Translations under genes and position numbers: made by a program | Assembly (NCBI RefSeq): GCF_964204645.1 | Contig: NC_134028.1 | Coordinates: forward strand, 22,254,345-22,318,344 | Reading direction: 5' to 3' | DNA from: Tubulanus polymorphus | Lineage: Eukaryota; Animalia; Nemertea | Length of the DNA stretch: 64,000 nt | Shown here: positions 1 to 11,856 of the stretch, piece by piece | How the letters are laid out: each line of letters starts with the position of its first letter | Numbering within the stretch: position 1 is the stretch's first letter | The notes under the pieces: generated by a model | What the model was told of the DNA's origin: nothing | Database searches by the model: none | What the model saw: the letters and a program-made list of their open reading frames with translations, nothing else

Positions 1-329
1 GTCCCCGGGGCCGAGAGACGGCAGAACCTATACACAACCCCGGTCTTTTCTTATCGCAAATATGCGATTATATTCCAGGTTATTATCATCGAAATGATAG
101 TATATTATTCCTTGAAATCGTTCGCTATCCGATCTGTTTGTAAATAAAGGTTTTAAAGTGTATAATATTCTTGTATATGGAGATACAGAGAAAGATAGTG
201 ATTTCGCGCCGTTCTGAGTATTTCTGAAGACTCTGCCCGAGTGTTAAATCCCCTTGTTCGCACATTTCAATACCAGTCGACGAATTTGGTTTGCATTGAT
301 ACACTCCAAGTATAGTATTATAAGTATAT

Positions 330-462
330 TATTGTTATGATTATTATTATTATTATTATTATCATTATTATTATTATTATTTTTATTATTATTATTATTT
401 TGATAATGTTAATGAATATGATCATGATTATGATTATTATTAATATTGTTATTATTGTTATC
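330..462. repeat. Degenerate (ATT)n microsatellite
   Basis: Run of att/gtt/atc triplets; explains the poly-Ile ORF 318..536. Confidence 0.9.
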
Positions 463-1270
463 ATTAGTGATTCGAGTTGATTTTGATTAACTTGAAAAGA
501 GATTTGTTTGTAACAGTTAGTATCATTAACAGTCAACCGTCCAATAGTTTGTCGGCTAACTCAAGAGCTACGTCAGAATTTTAAACGGAATTTTTTTCTT
601 TTTGGGGCGGCCCAGTTTTACAGTTGGCGTTCAAATGTTCAATCGAGTCGATTTCCTCGCAAATCTAGTTCGTCTCGAATCGATTTAGGACCGATTTAAT
701 CCTTTTTTGTGAAGATGGACCCTGGATCAAAATGACTAACTTTTCCGAATAAATCGTCGAATTCTTTTCAAACGGTCATCTTCGATGCCGGAATGAGAAA
801 ACATAAAACATGGCAGAACAAATTCTGAGGCACCGGCACAATAATGATGATTATTATTTTCATCATTATGTCATCCAAGATTATTGTACATTGTAGGAAT
901 ACACATAGTTTTTACATACATTATATGAGGGACATAGTGCTAGCCAATTCTATGTACTTATAATTTTTAAGGCACTGTGCCCACGTGCATTATACGCGAG
1001 GTACAATACAAATAGATACTTATGTTGCTTTATAATGTATGTAATAATGAATATCAATAATATTATAATATTCATAATAATAGAATTATAATAGAAGATT
1101 CGTGGAATAGCCGTGTTAACCGGGTTTAGAATAGATAACGTGCCGAGTATAGTACTTTAAAGGTTAACTATTTCATTTGACGCACGAGCTTTCGCTATTA
1201 ATGTATAGTAGCTTCATCAGGTGAATGATACAGTATACAGTAGCGACAGCTCGTCGCAGAATTAATATTC

Positions 1271-1285
1271 ATAACAATAATAATG

Positions 1286-1364
<79 letters not shown>

Positions 1365-1373
1365 TAATAATTG

Positions 1374-1414
<41 letters not shown>

Positions 1415-1490
1415 TGATAATAATAATAGTGATAGTGATAGTGATAGTGACAGTGACAGTAACAGTAATAGTAATGATAATAATAATAAT
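1271..1490. repeat. (AAT)n microsatellite with a short (AGTGAT/AGTGAC)n segment
   Basis: Direct reading; explains ORFs 1198..1512 and 1371..1628. Confidence 0.95.
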
Positions 1491-3004
1491 CCTGTAGATA
1501 AGATAAACCCATTTAAACTAAAACTGAATATCTGCGGTCATTTTAGTGAGATTCGTTTAACAATGAGGTCGCAAAGGTGGAAGATCAACTTTCGCTTCTG
1601 CACGATCGAATTCACCGACGAGAATTAATCGTTTAGTGTCGATTGCATTTTCAATCGTTGATTTCGATGTTTATAAATCAGTTCGCTCAATAGAATCACC
1701 CGACAATCGCCCAATCGCCCGGGTACACGGTCAACAATGAAGCCGCTTCGGACAAACAAGATTACGTATATTGTTTAAATTTGCGAGGCCCCTAATCCGC
1801 TTTGGACCTCGGGGTCGGGATTATAGGAAAGAACGGCTAAATCTATGTCAATATTGAGAATTCGATTTGATTCTATATTCACGGAGGCACCTGCCTAAAT
1901 CGGAAGCAATTTGCGGCCATTTAAGAACAGCCATCCGGTCACACATCTAACAGTATAGGGCATCCAGGAAAACATTCCATAGTGAAATTTATCAAGTTGA
2001 AGGAACCGGTGGGTTCTGTATAGTTTCAAACCTATCGGATAGATTTCCGTAGTTCTTTAGCCAAAAAGGAGGAACATTAGGAGTTAAATGAGTTAAATGA
2101 GTTGAGATGTTGACAGTTCAGTGTTTTCCTCGAAGCTTTGCACCCAGAACCCAGACATTAGATTTTTCTCGACGGAGTTTTAGGAAAATTCAACATATGA
2201 GGCTACTGAGGCTTTGACATATCAACGCATAGTTTTATGATAATCAACATGGTTATAAACTCGAGGTAATGTCCAAAACATCGCCCCATACAGTAGACGC
2301 CTCGTTACTCGGTAAATCATATTTTCGCGATGGAAGGAGTTTTGATGAACTTATAGCATCTGCGTTTTCCGCAAATTTGGAGGACCAAATAAAATGTCCC
2401 AACTCAATAATTGTTATTACCTTTTCTGAGTCGATACAATATGCCTCAATCAGCTGTTTTATCTCAGTTGCCTATCAATAAATATGAAAGTAACATTTTG
2501 AAACCAGTCACAATATCATAACAGTTGATAATAACAGAAATTTGATGGACTTTTCAGAACTGAAATCTTACGCTAGGAGAGAATAAAGAATGTTGTAGTT
2601 TATCTTGCTCGGCACTTTCCAGATTCGCCGCATGTTCGTCGTCGTCCCATTTCTCTAGAAGTTTTCACAGACATTGAAAAACCTATTCACTCCGTCAGTC
2701 ACTCGTTGTATAGTTTTTTTTTACTCGTGTCGGCCAGTATCGCGACGTCTGAGGACTCGTCGAGTATTAATGTATTAATTGACTTGCATTTACTCAGTAA
2801 GTCTATTCGCGATGACAGCCCGTCACGATCAAGTGTGCTCCGAACGGATAAGATTTTTCTTGCGTTGCTGTCATTCGATACGGAATCGTTTGCTTAACTG
2901 ATATTCCGTTCACTTCGGAGAATATACGAGTATTTTCCCTCCCTCGGTGAAAGCGTCAGTTGGCGAGCTTGCGTAGTTATCGCTTCTGCTTAGTGGAATC
3001 TAAC

Positions 3005-3337
3005 GCCGCGATCACTCGGAGACGATTTGGCCTGGGCCGAATTGGCGCGAATCAGGATCGAGTCAAATTTTGCCCGTGCCTAATTAGAGAGCGAACTCAC
3101 TCGATACTAAACAATGTTTAAAACAAAGCGAAGTGAGTCACTTCCAAAACCAGTTGCAATTCGCACGCAATCATTTGTCCATGTGTTAAAATTTGGGCTC
3201 TGGCCTGGTCCGACGTATTTGGTCGGGTCAAATTTGGCCCGGGCCAAACAGGCCCTCGTGTGAACAGTATTGTCCCGGGCCAAATTTGGCACAGGCAAAT
3301 TTTGGCCTAGGCAAAAAAACGCTCGTGTGGTCGCGGC
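3005..3337. mobile_element. Non-autonomous DNA transposon (MITE) with internal palindromic subrepeats
   Basis: Terminal inverted repeats gccgcgatcactcg / cgtgtggtcgcggc; internal repeats of aaatttggcccgggcc in both orientations; no coding capacity. Confidence 0.7.
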
Positions 3338-4243
3338 TTGCAAGTCCAGATAAATGCACGATGACCCGCGTGAACTTAGATATGTCTCTTGTCAGACATT
3401 GGCAGCCGGGTTTTTCAAAAAGTGTCCCAAGCTCTGTGGATCAATCTTCCAGTCAACGTGCGTCCATGTCACATCGAGGCAGCGTCTGAAATGTTTACTT
3501 TTTGCGGAAGTAACTCGTCATCTGTATAAAGCGCTCTGAGCAGCTCCGCTGAATTTAGAGCTATACATATTGTAAATGAACTATCTCATATATTTTGTTA
3601 ATTATAAAAAGAATGTTTGTGGCGAAAATAAATCATATCATATCATAAGTGAACCATTTGAGTGTCATGTATAGTCATGGGTTGGAAACAAAGACGACGA
3701 TAGACTCGCGAGTTCCCGATGGTCATCAGTCATCCCGAGCTAGGACACACGGTCGTTCGGAGACTACCGACTGACTGGGACGTTTAGAATCGCGAAGGAT
3801 CCTTTACCATCTGGAGTTTACCGACGATCTATAACTTATACATTTTTTCTAACGGCACAATAAGGCCCTCGACCGTAAAAGGTCGCCGTTGACCCATTAT
3901 AACGCGCACTCGTGATCGATGGGTGAGTGCCGGCGACGGACCGACTCTTCGTGCGCGGCTCTAAAATATGAATTGATATTATCGTTTAGAACGATCACGA
4001 CCGATGAAATATTAATGATAATTGTTGTTGGTCGCGGTAATCAAACACTGTTTTTATAACCGTTGCTATTAATGTTGATATTAGAAGCAGTATTGCGTTA
4101 CTATTGTTATACGGTAACACGATAGGCCACTTTTTGTCCTACAATCATTGTCAACCGCGTGGCTTTTCCTCGAACTGGTCAATATTTAGCGGATCGTTCT
4201 CCGTTTTTGCTTATTGTTTGATTTTTTTTTCGCTGTCTGCTGA

Positions 4244-4323
4244 ACTCAGTTCCACAGTTCTGAGCAAAGATCTTAGCTTAGTGAAAATGAACTAGTTTTG
4301 TTCACAACTGTGGAATGGGATCC
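4244..4323. mobile_element. Short palindromic MITE (cagttccacagtt family)
   Basis: Ends cagttccacagtt ... aactgtggaatgg; similar to 11635-11745 and 32009-32106. Confidence 0.6.
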
Positions 4324-6318
4324 TGCAATGTATAACTTGGATCTGAGTTTATTTCGTCCCTCTAGACCAGGGTTTGGCATTTCCTTCTTTTACTGTTTCA
4401 GTCTCTCCGTGTAGCCCCATTATCCTGTTACATTTTTCTTCGTCTAATCATACTTATTATATCGTTCCTTAATGTAACATCGCAATGATATTAAATTTCA
4501 ATTTCAAAACCTCTTTTTCATCGGCCCTTTTGGCCAGCGCGATTCCGGTTCGCGTTCCAGTGGTGATTGAGGAACTGGAGAAGTTCCAGCCTTTCAACGC
4601 TTTCTTGCCAATGAGCACAACGCCTATCCGGTCGTAGCACTGTTAACCGAAGAATTGAATCTTTCTGGGGATATCTGCGACGTGAGTATGAACCTATTCG
4701 ATGAGCTGCGGGATCAAGGTATCGCATTGGAAGCTTTCATCATCTCATCATCGTCCTAGAATCTGGGCTGTTTTTACTACTGGTTGCCTAAACCTCATTT
4801 GAACAAACTCCTCCTCGTTGTTTTGCGTACTGGAGAAAGTTTTAACTTGAATTATGTTCGTTACTTCGTTCACGATTGACAAAACACTATATCTGTGTTG
4901 AGACTTAAATGTATAGAGAATTCCACAATAATAATGAAAAACAGTTCGAAAATGTTACTGGAGCTAAGTAGTTTATTCAACGTTTCGACTAAAATAGTCA
5001 TCTTCAATATCCCTGAAGATGCCTATTAGGATATTAGGGATTCTCTCTACAATATCGTTACTTCGCATTTCGTGTTGTTGTTGAACTAATTTTCAATTTA
5101 ATTCCACGACAAAACGGCTCAATTGACAGATTTGTATAAATAGCCCGCCGATGGCTATTGGATGCTTCGGTATAAACAAATTTGTTATACGTGCCTGAAG
5201 CCGTAACAGTGAACTATTCAGTTGTCCGCGTTTGTTTACCGTGTCAACGATCATACAGTTTCTAGGACCAGATGGTGAAATATGCGTCCATTCAACGTTT
5301 AGTGCCCCGAGGACGGCTCCCCGTAAGCCTCTCAATAACATTTCATTTCAAATTGCCGTTTAGGGATTAGCGCGACTCTCCCGCGTCGCGCCCCGGATTC
5401 GGTCCTTCGAGAGAGTACACCGAGCATCGGTTTGCCTTTTCAATTTCGTTCGGGTTATAATTACGTTTGATCGACCGGGGGAGGGTGGTAAAATGGAATA
5501 GAAAACGGGACAGCTGATCGAAGGATACATCAAGGGAATTAGGGCTCACAAGTACTCGGTTATGTAAGGCTTAACCGTAAACGGAGCGCGCGCGCGTTCG
5601 TCTTTCGATTCTCTAACGAACCCGGTGTAATCCCATTTAGATTACCGGGCACGCAAACATGTAGCTTTAAGTAAATCTTTAAACGCAACGTTCTCGTGGA
5701 AACATTTGGCTTAGGAGTGGATTTCGAAACGGCGCAAGTAGCGCGCCGCGCATTAATACACGACGAAACGATCACCATAGTCGTTTCGAGACTCTTGCGC
5801 ATTAGAACCTAACTTCCGGTTTTGGTAGCGTCTCGCTTTGTAAAATTACTCGCATCCGGATTTGAAATATTCGTACTTTTCATTTAAAACGCCTCGGGTT
5901 GTGCTTACACGTTTGTTTTCTTCAAAAGACTGCTCGTAGCCGAGGTTCCGGCTTTGCAATGAAGTTAAATTCAAATTAGGATTCAGATGCCTTTTGAGTA
6001 CTTGACATTTTCCATTAGTCCAGTTAAAACGATTAAGTTGTTTTTCTTTAACTTTTTCTGCTATACGACAAAACGCCTGCGCAGAAATAGATTGACTGAT
6101 TTCAAGCCTTTCGTTTGAAACAGTCGTTTTTTCTTGTTTAAGTTATATCGAACTTTAAAATGGTTCCAAAAATAAATTTGATCTGGATGAGAAGCTTCTA
6201 CCGGGAACCTGAAAGATGGGGGGGGGTATGATAATGTCAAAGTGTAACTTGAAGTATAAGTTAGCTTGGAGCAGTTATCAAGCTGGCTTCCCGTAAAATT
6301 GACGTCATCTTCATTAAC

Positions 6319-6629
6319 GGGGTACCCGCCACACCAGCTACCCCACCAGATGGCGTGACGAGCAATAGGCCATGCTCTGTCAAAAATTGTTCATTTTCAA
6401 TTAACTTTGGACTGAATTTTTGACCACCAAGTATACAATGAATTCATTTTTTCTTCTCGGATATCGGGAAAGTTTTCATTGATAATTGAATCAGATCAAT
6501 TTAAGAATAAAAGCTCATCCAGTTTTTACGAAACCGAACACGGATGACCAACTATCTAGTAGCGAAGTTCGATCCTCGCCTGCCTTACGAGGAATCCTCG
6601 ATTGCCACAGCAGCTGGTGTGGGAACCCC
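6319..6629 (+). mobile_element. About 310-bp MITE, family M1 (carries a CTCF-like motif)
   Basis: Imperfect TIRs ggggtacccgccacaccagct / agctggtgtgggaacccc; homologous copies at about 10144-10280 (partial), 53477-53803 (-), 57112-57456 (-), about 61205-61390 (partial) and about 61660-61712 (fragment). Confidence 0.75.
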
Positions 6630-8954
6630 ACTTGGAGAAGTAGTTTCGTTACGGTATCGTAACGAGTCTACGGTTAGGGTGTGTCACAAGGTGGTATACT
6701 TGCCTAGGTAGAAATCTTTGCGGCGCGGATGGTCGAATCGCCCGGCGTCTGTCCTTCGTTCTGATAAATACTATAAAATCTTTCATATTTTCATTATTTG
6801 ACACATTTTTAGATATTTCGTGTGTCTTATTTCGGTTTTATGAACGAAACTTTGAGGGTCTCATTGTACATATAAAAGAAATGGCGGTTTTAATGACTAT
6901 TCTTCTGCGGGCGATTGCTCGAGAATGCGGAGAATCGAGGACACTCGTACAGTCGGCTTCTGGTCGAGTTCACCCGGCAGAATGTCCCTCTCCGCGGGAA
7001 CGCCGTTCTAAGCCGATAAACGAGCAATCGTATTTTTACTGTAAACTTAATAGGACTTAAGACGACGCCCTGCCGAGCGCCGACAATAGACCAGTTAAAA
7101 TGACTAGGCGGGTCTTTTCTACGCCAGTTCCTTTGATCGTACGACGTTACAAATCACCTACTAACAACGTTTTCTTAGCGCATATTCATTGAGAGTTGCG
7201 CAGTTTATTTAGCCTCTGTATAACTCCGAGATCCATAGAGCCCATTGAACGCCGGACACAAAACGATTTAGATAACCGTATACCCGAACACAATTATCCT
7301 ATAGAAATCGTCGAAATTACGTTTCTCGAATGGTTCCTTGTGAATTTTTGTTGATTTAACTCGGCGTTACTGGGTCGTGCTCGTTCATTCAGGCTAAATT
7401 GCTAGTGTACTTAGACGTGACAGGTATTTAAATGCTTTTCGCAGCTCGAAATCGTTCTTTTTTGAATGTCTTCATTATTGTACCGGCGAGTATCGAGCAC
7501 CGTTTGTTTGCCGTGTGTTCCATACGTGCGCTTCAGAATGGTCTCGGTAATAGTCGCTCATGGCGAAATGCGCCCTTTCGTCAAAGGGCTACTTTATATC
7601 CTTTTAATATACCAGTTTTCTTTCCTCGTCCGTCATTGAAAACGGGGATTACTTTGCCTCTAATCCGCGTGTAATTCGCGAATTTCAATTTACGCAGACT
7701 GATAAATACACATTTACTGACCCCGTTCGCACACTAGCCCTACCCCTACACTACACTAACGTTAAAGATTGCTGTTGTTTGTTTTAATTCGACTATTCAT
7801 CTTTTTACAATGTCGTCTGTATTAATCCCGGCCACTTTCTCAGCTGACACCCGGAGATGTCACGTTCATCGGGTTAGAAAGTAAATTTCTCAATTACTTT
7901 GTGTCCACATCGTGTCGACCAGTTTATTAGACTTCTATCAGAATCTATAGTCATTCGCCTTGTTTATATGTGCAAGAATTAAACGCCATTGCAAATAGTG
8001 TGAAAGTGGTTTCAATTTCGGGCATAAAACCTGGAAATATGATATAATCGATTTACTGGTTTTTGTAATCGGTGTTCCGTGTAAATACATCGAGAATGAA
8101 AATACCGACGACGTACGGAACCACAGTCAAGAATCGAGCTCTTCTTATTTTGCCGATATCTCATGGGCGAATGAATTTTCATTTCTCAATAATAATACAT
8201 GATAACCATATAGAACTGTAGCAAAATGTACGAACATTTTTCTCCGCGATATTCGTTTCAAACTTCACTAAACTAAGTGGTTTTCGACGGGTTGGGCGAT
8301 AGGGAGACATTAACATAGCAGCGGTACAGACAAATTTATGTGTCATGAACTTCAGGCTATATAGTTCACTGATTTCCTCACAGAGGGAGACATCCGTAAA
8401 ATGGCTGATGATGTTTTGTATTTCATTTTGTTGCGATTTTCTTTTACTAATGGGAAATTCGGTTCCGGTTCAACCAAACAGTCTTCCAACCAGTTTGTTC
8501 TGCGTTTAGCAGTGGAAGCGTTGAAGTTGCCGCGTATTTGAAATACCACAGACCAGCTTCGATATATCAGTTGACTCTCTCGGGATCCGAACGGTTACAT
8601 ATATATCCATGATAGTCGACGCGTCCGATAATGACTCGACATTCCCGCGGCTGACAAAGTGTCAACACTCATTTCCTTTCAATTTCCCGGCACTGATGCC
8701 GACCCGCGGGCCCGGACATTGTCCACAAATATCTACTAATCCTACGTAAATAATTATCACTCAACTTGAAGCCCGATCGCTGCATACCGTCGTCGACAAA
8801 CCTCATCCTGCCGGTCAATCAGCTCTGCGCGAGAACGATCTTGTTTACATCGCAGGATATACTTGTTTTCGTATAACGATAAGTCTGTGCACGTATCACC
8901 GTTTCGTCGCACAATCGGTCGCAGTTTCCATTTTAGCTGCGCATCTTGCTCTAA

Positions 8955-8968
8955 GCGCCCCCTGCTGG
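8955..8968 (-). promoter_or_regulatory. CTCF-like binding motif
   Basis: Minus strand reads CCAGCAGGGGGCGC, a close match to the CTCF core consensus; motif match only. Confidence 0.5.
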
Positions 8969-10814
8969 TTACGATATTCATTATTTGTGTAGAATATCAT
9001 AAACATGTATTACAACCACTGCCCCAATGCAGCTGATTGATTCGATGTAATAAGTTTGTCAGCGAATTGATTGTTTTTGCGTGTTTTTAATTCGTTTTTG
9101 TTGTGTGTTTATTTTCCAGGGTGTGACGTCACTAGCGAGTTGCGGTAAACGCGTTCTGGTACAAGCCGTGCACGAACTGTACGATCGTCAAGAAACGACC
9201 GCCTGGGAACAAGACTCGATCAGACAAAGCACGCTTATTTTCATAGGTGGGTTTCTCTCCCTCGTAGTCGTCGCTTCTTACGCGAAGATGGAACGTTTTA
9301 AGGTCAAACCATGGGCTCGAAAACGAAGAAAACATCGTTCATGGTCGATGGTCAAGCTAAGAGTCTTCGAAAGTCTACTGGTCACTATTTAAGTCTTTGA
9401 ATATTCTTTGCACCAATTGCATAGTTGCTGAACTCAGTAATGTGTTACAACGTTTGGTCATACGTATCCGATATGGGTGGCTCCGAGAATCTCCGAATCA
9501 CAGAATTTGGAGAAAATACCGCAATCATGAGGACAAACTAAGAGAGTAAGTGACGTCATGAAAACGGCCTTAAAAACGTCACTATACTCTCTTAGTTTCT
9601 CTTCTAGCTGTTCCATTTTATATAATCTTTCAAACGAGCTGAATATTGAATCGGGATTTAATGAATATTGGTCATCGGTATCGTGTATAAAGTCTGGAAT
9701 AGACGTTATCGCAAAAATAGAATCGTTTCAACGCGAAAGTTGGTAAAATCAGTTGCTGATGAAGAGATATAGTCGGGTTAATGATTTTGATTGACTCGCG
9801 CTGCCTGTATCAACTATACGACTTACACAACCGAATGTGTATATAATTAACGCGAATTGTTAATTAAACACTAACAAATTGGTTGGCGGCTGCGGCTTCA
9901 GGCGCGTGGCCCCCGAACGCCGCCGCCCGCCGCCGCTGTTGTTTGCGCGGATTGCCGCTGAAAGTTATGTCAGAACCGTGAAGCAATTTGTAAATATTGC
10001 CTAAACACTGTATGATACTGTAATACACGTCAGTTATTGCCGGCGGCGGTGATTGGTTTTACTCTCGCGTGGGTATCATCGGTAGTCTTCAATATCTCCA
10101 CACAGTCTGTTCCTGAAATCTCGGTATCCATTATTTGTATCGTGCGGAACCTCAACGCCAGATGGCGCGACGAGCACTCGGTCAAGTTTTCACAATAATA
10201 CAACAATCAACTTTGATATGAATTTCTAGACCCCTCCGAATCCGTACGATCCGTATCGCAGGACCCATCGAAATATTGAATTTATATTTCTACGCATGAT
10301 AAATGTATTATTTCTTCCAATTAACGATACAAGGACGAGCAAGGCGATGTGCATTCGTGCGCGATGGCAAATCATTTTGTAATGTATTTAATTTCGTAAC
10401 GGTAATAAACTTATACTTTAAAAAAAGCAAGGCGATGAAGATTATTCACCAAAAAAGTAGGAAACACACCGGCCGTAGATGACTCGGTATCAATCAATGT
10501 GTAGAAATTCACGAATCTCCGCAGGTTTCGATTCGGCTGTGAGACTTTGTGTAAAAAGGCAGCTTCTCTCTGATTTGGTCAACTGTAGCTGCAGCTGCGA
10601 GATGCATCTATCAGTCAACCCGCGCGCATTATGTATCGAAAACAAATTCAAAACGGCAGCGGCCCACTCAGTCGAACATTCCGGCGTCGGCTCGGCTCGT
10701 ATTCATTTTTATACGGTTTGAAATACGCCCGACGTGGGACACTATTAATCGACTGTGGGCACCGCTATAGTCGATTGCTCTTATACGGCGACGTCGGGCT
10801 TGTTTTATGCGCTC

Positions 10815-10828
10815 TCACCAGGGGGCAC
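10815..10828 (+). promoter_or_regulatory. CTCF-like binding motif
   Basis: TCACCAGGGGGCAC matches the CTCF core; motif match only. Confidence 0.4.
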
Positions 10829-11559
10829 TGTTGAACGGGATGCCGACAGTATTGCCGTGTTTGGCCGGCGGTTGTACGCGCAGCGGGAAAGCCGCTCGAC
10901 GAGTGGATAATTTCACTCTTCGCTTGCTCTTGATACTATATAATTCGTATTTGTGTGCGTTCCGTTTTACGAATGAAATCCGTTTCGAACGCTATTTAAG
11001 TAAATTAGTGCGAGCCATTTGTCAGCCCCTCGCTGCGCGTTGAAGTGCCCCAAACAACGCGGCATAAACTCAATTTAGAAAATTATTGCAAATCTATATT
11101 GGCGGAAACGGTTTCGTTAAATAGGTTTTCGCTCGGGTTCTGTAGCAGAACTAACTCGTTATGTCGGCGGTCCTGCTCGCTGTATAAACATTTTCCCATG
11201 GAAATACGCGCTGAATGCGGCGCTTATGTTAACATTTGCTGATATTTAGGAGTTTGCCCGGCGTTGGAGAGCGCGCTGAGTCAGCCTAAAGCCTATATAA
11301 GTGCCTGGCCAGATCTCCTTAAACGGATAACGAAGACGCTCGACTCGTGGATGCTGATCTGTCTGTCCTCTTCTGTTGTTGTTGTTGCCGCTACATTACT
11401 CGGTTATCCCTCCTCTCCTTCCTCCTCTCTGTCCTCTCTATCAGTCGTATAAACATCTGACACTTTGCGGAAATCGATGGACTCGGAACCCACACGCCGG
11501 CGTCGCGGCCATCGGTTCGATCCGAGTTATTATATAGCCCCGTTTGAAAGTAAAAACCG

Positions 11560-11856
11560 GGGGTTGTTTGTATAGACTGGTATTATCTTTAACCAGGGAG
11601 TCAGCTCAGAGCACATTCGGTTGGTTAAACCCCTGGACCCAGTTCCACAGTTGTGAGTTAGAGTTAACTCTGAGTTAAAGTTAGTTCATTTTCAATGTTT
11701 TAACCCAGGGTCAAATCTTAACTCAGAACTGTGGAATTGGACCCCTGGGCCCGGCTTTATAGGCTGGTATTACCTTTAACCCGGGGGCTAACTCGATTGA
11801 TAATGAATTCAGTTAGCCCCGGGTTAAAGGTATTACCAGTCTATAAAACCGGCCCC
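11560..11856. mobile_element. Cluster of adjacent hairpin MITEs (PIF/Harbinger-like)
   Basis: Partial element 11560-11634, palindromic element 11635-11745 (ggacccagttccacagtt...aactgtggaattggaccc) and near-perfect hairpin 11747-11856 (gggcccggctttatagg...tctataaaaccggcccc); junctions fall at ctg/cag trinucleotides. Confidence 0.7.
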
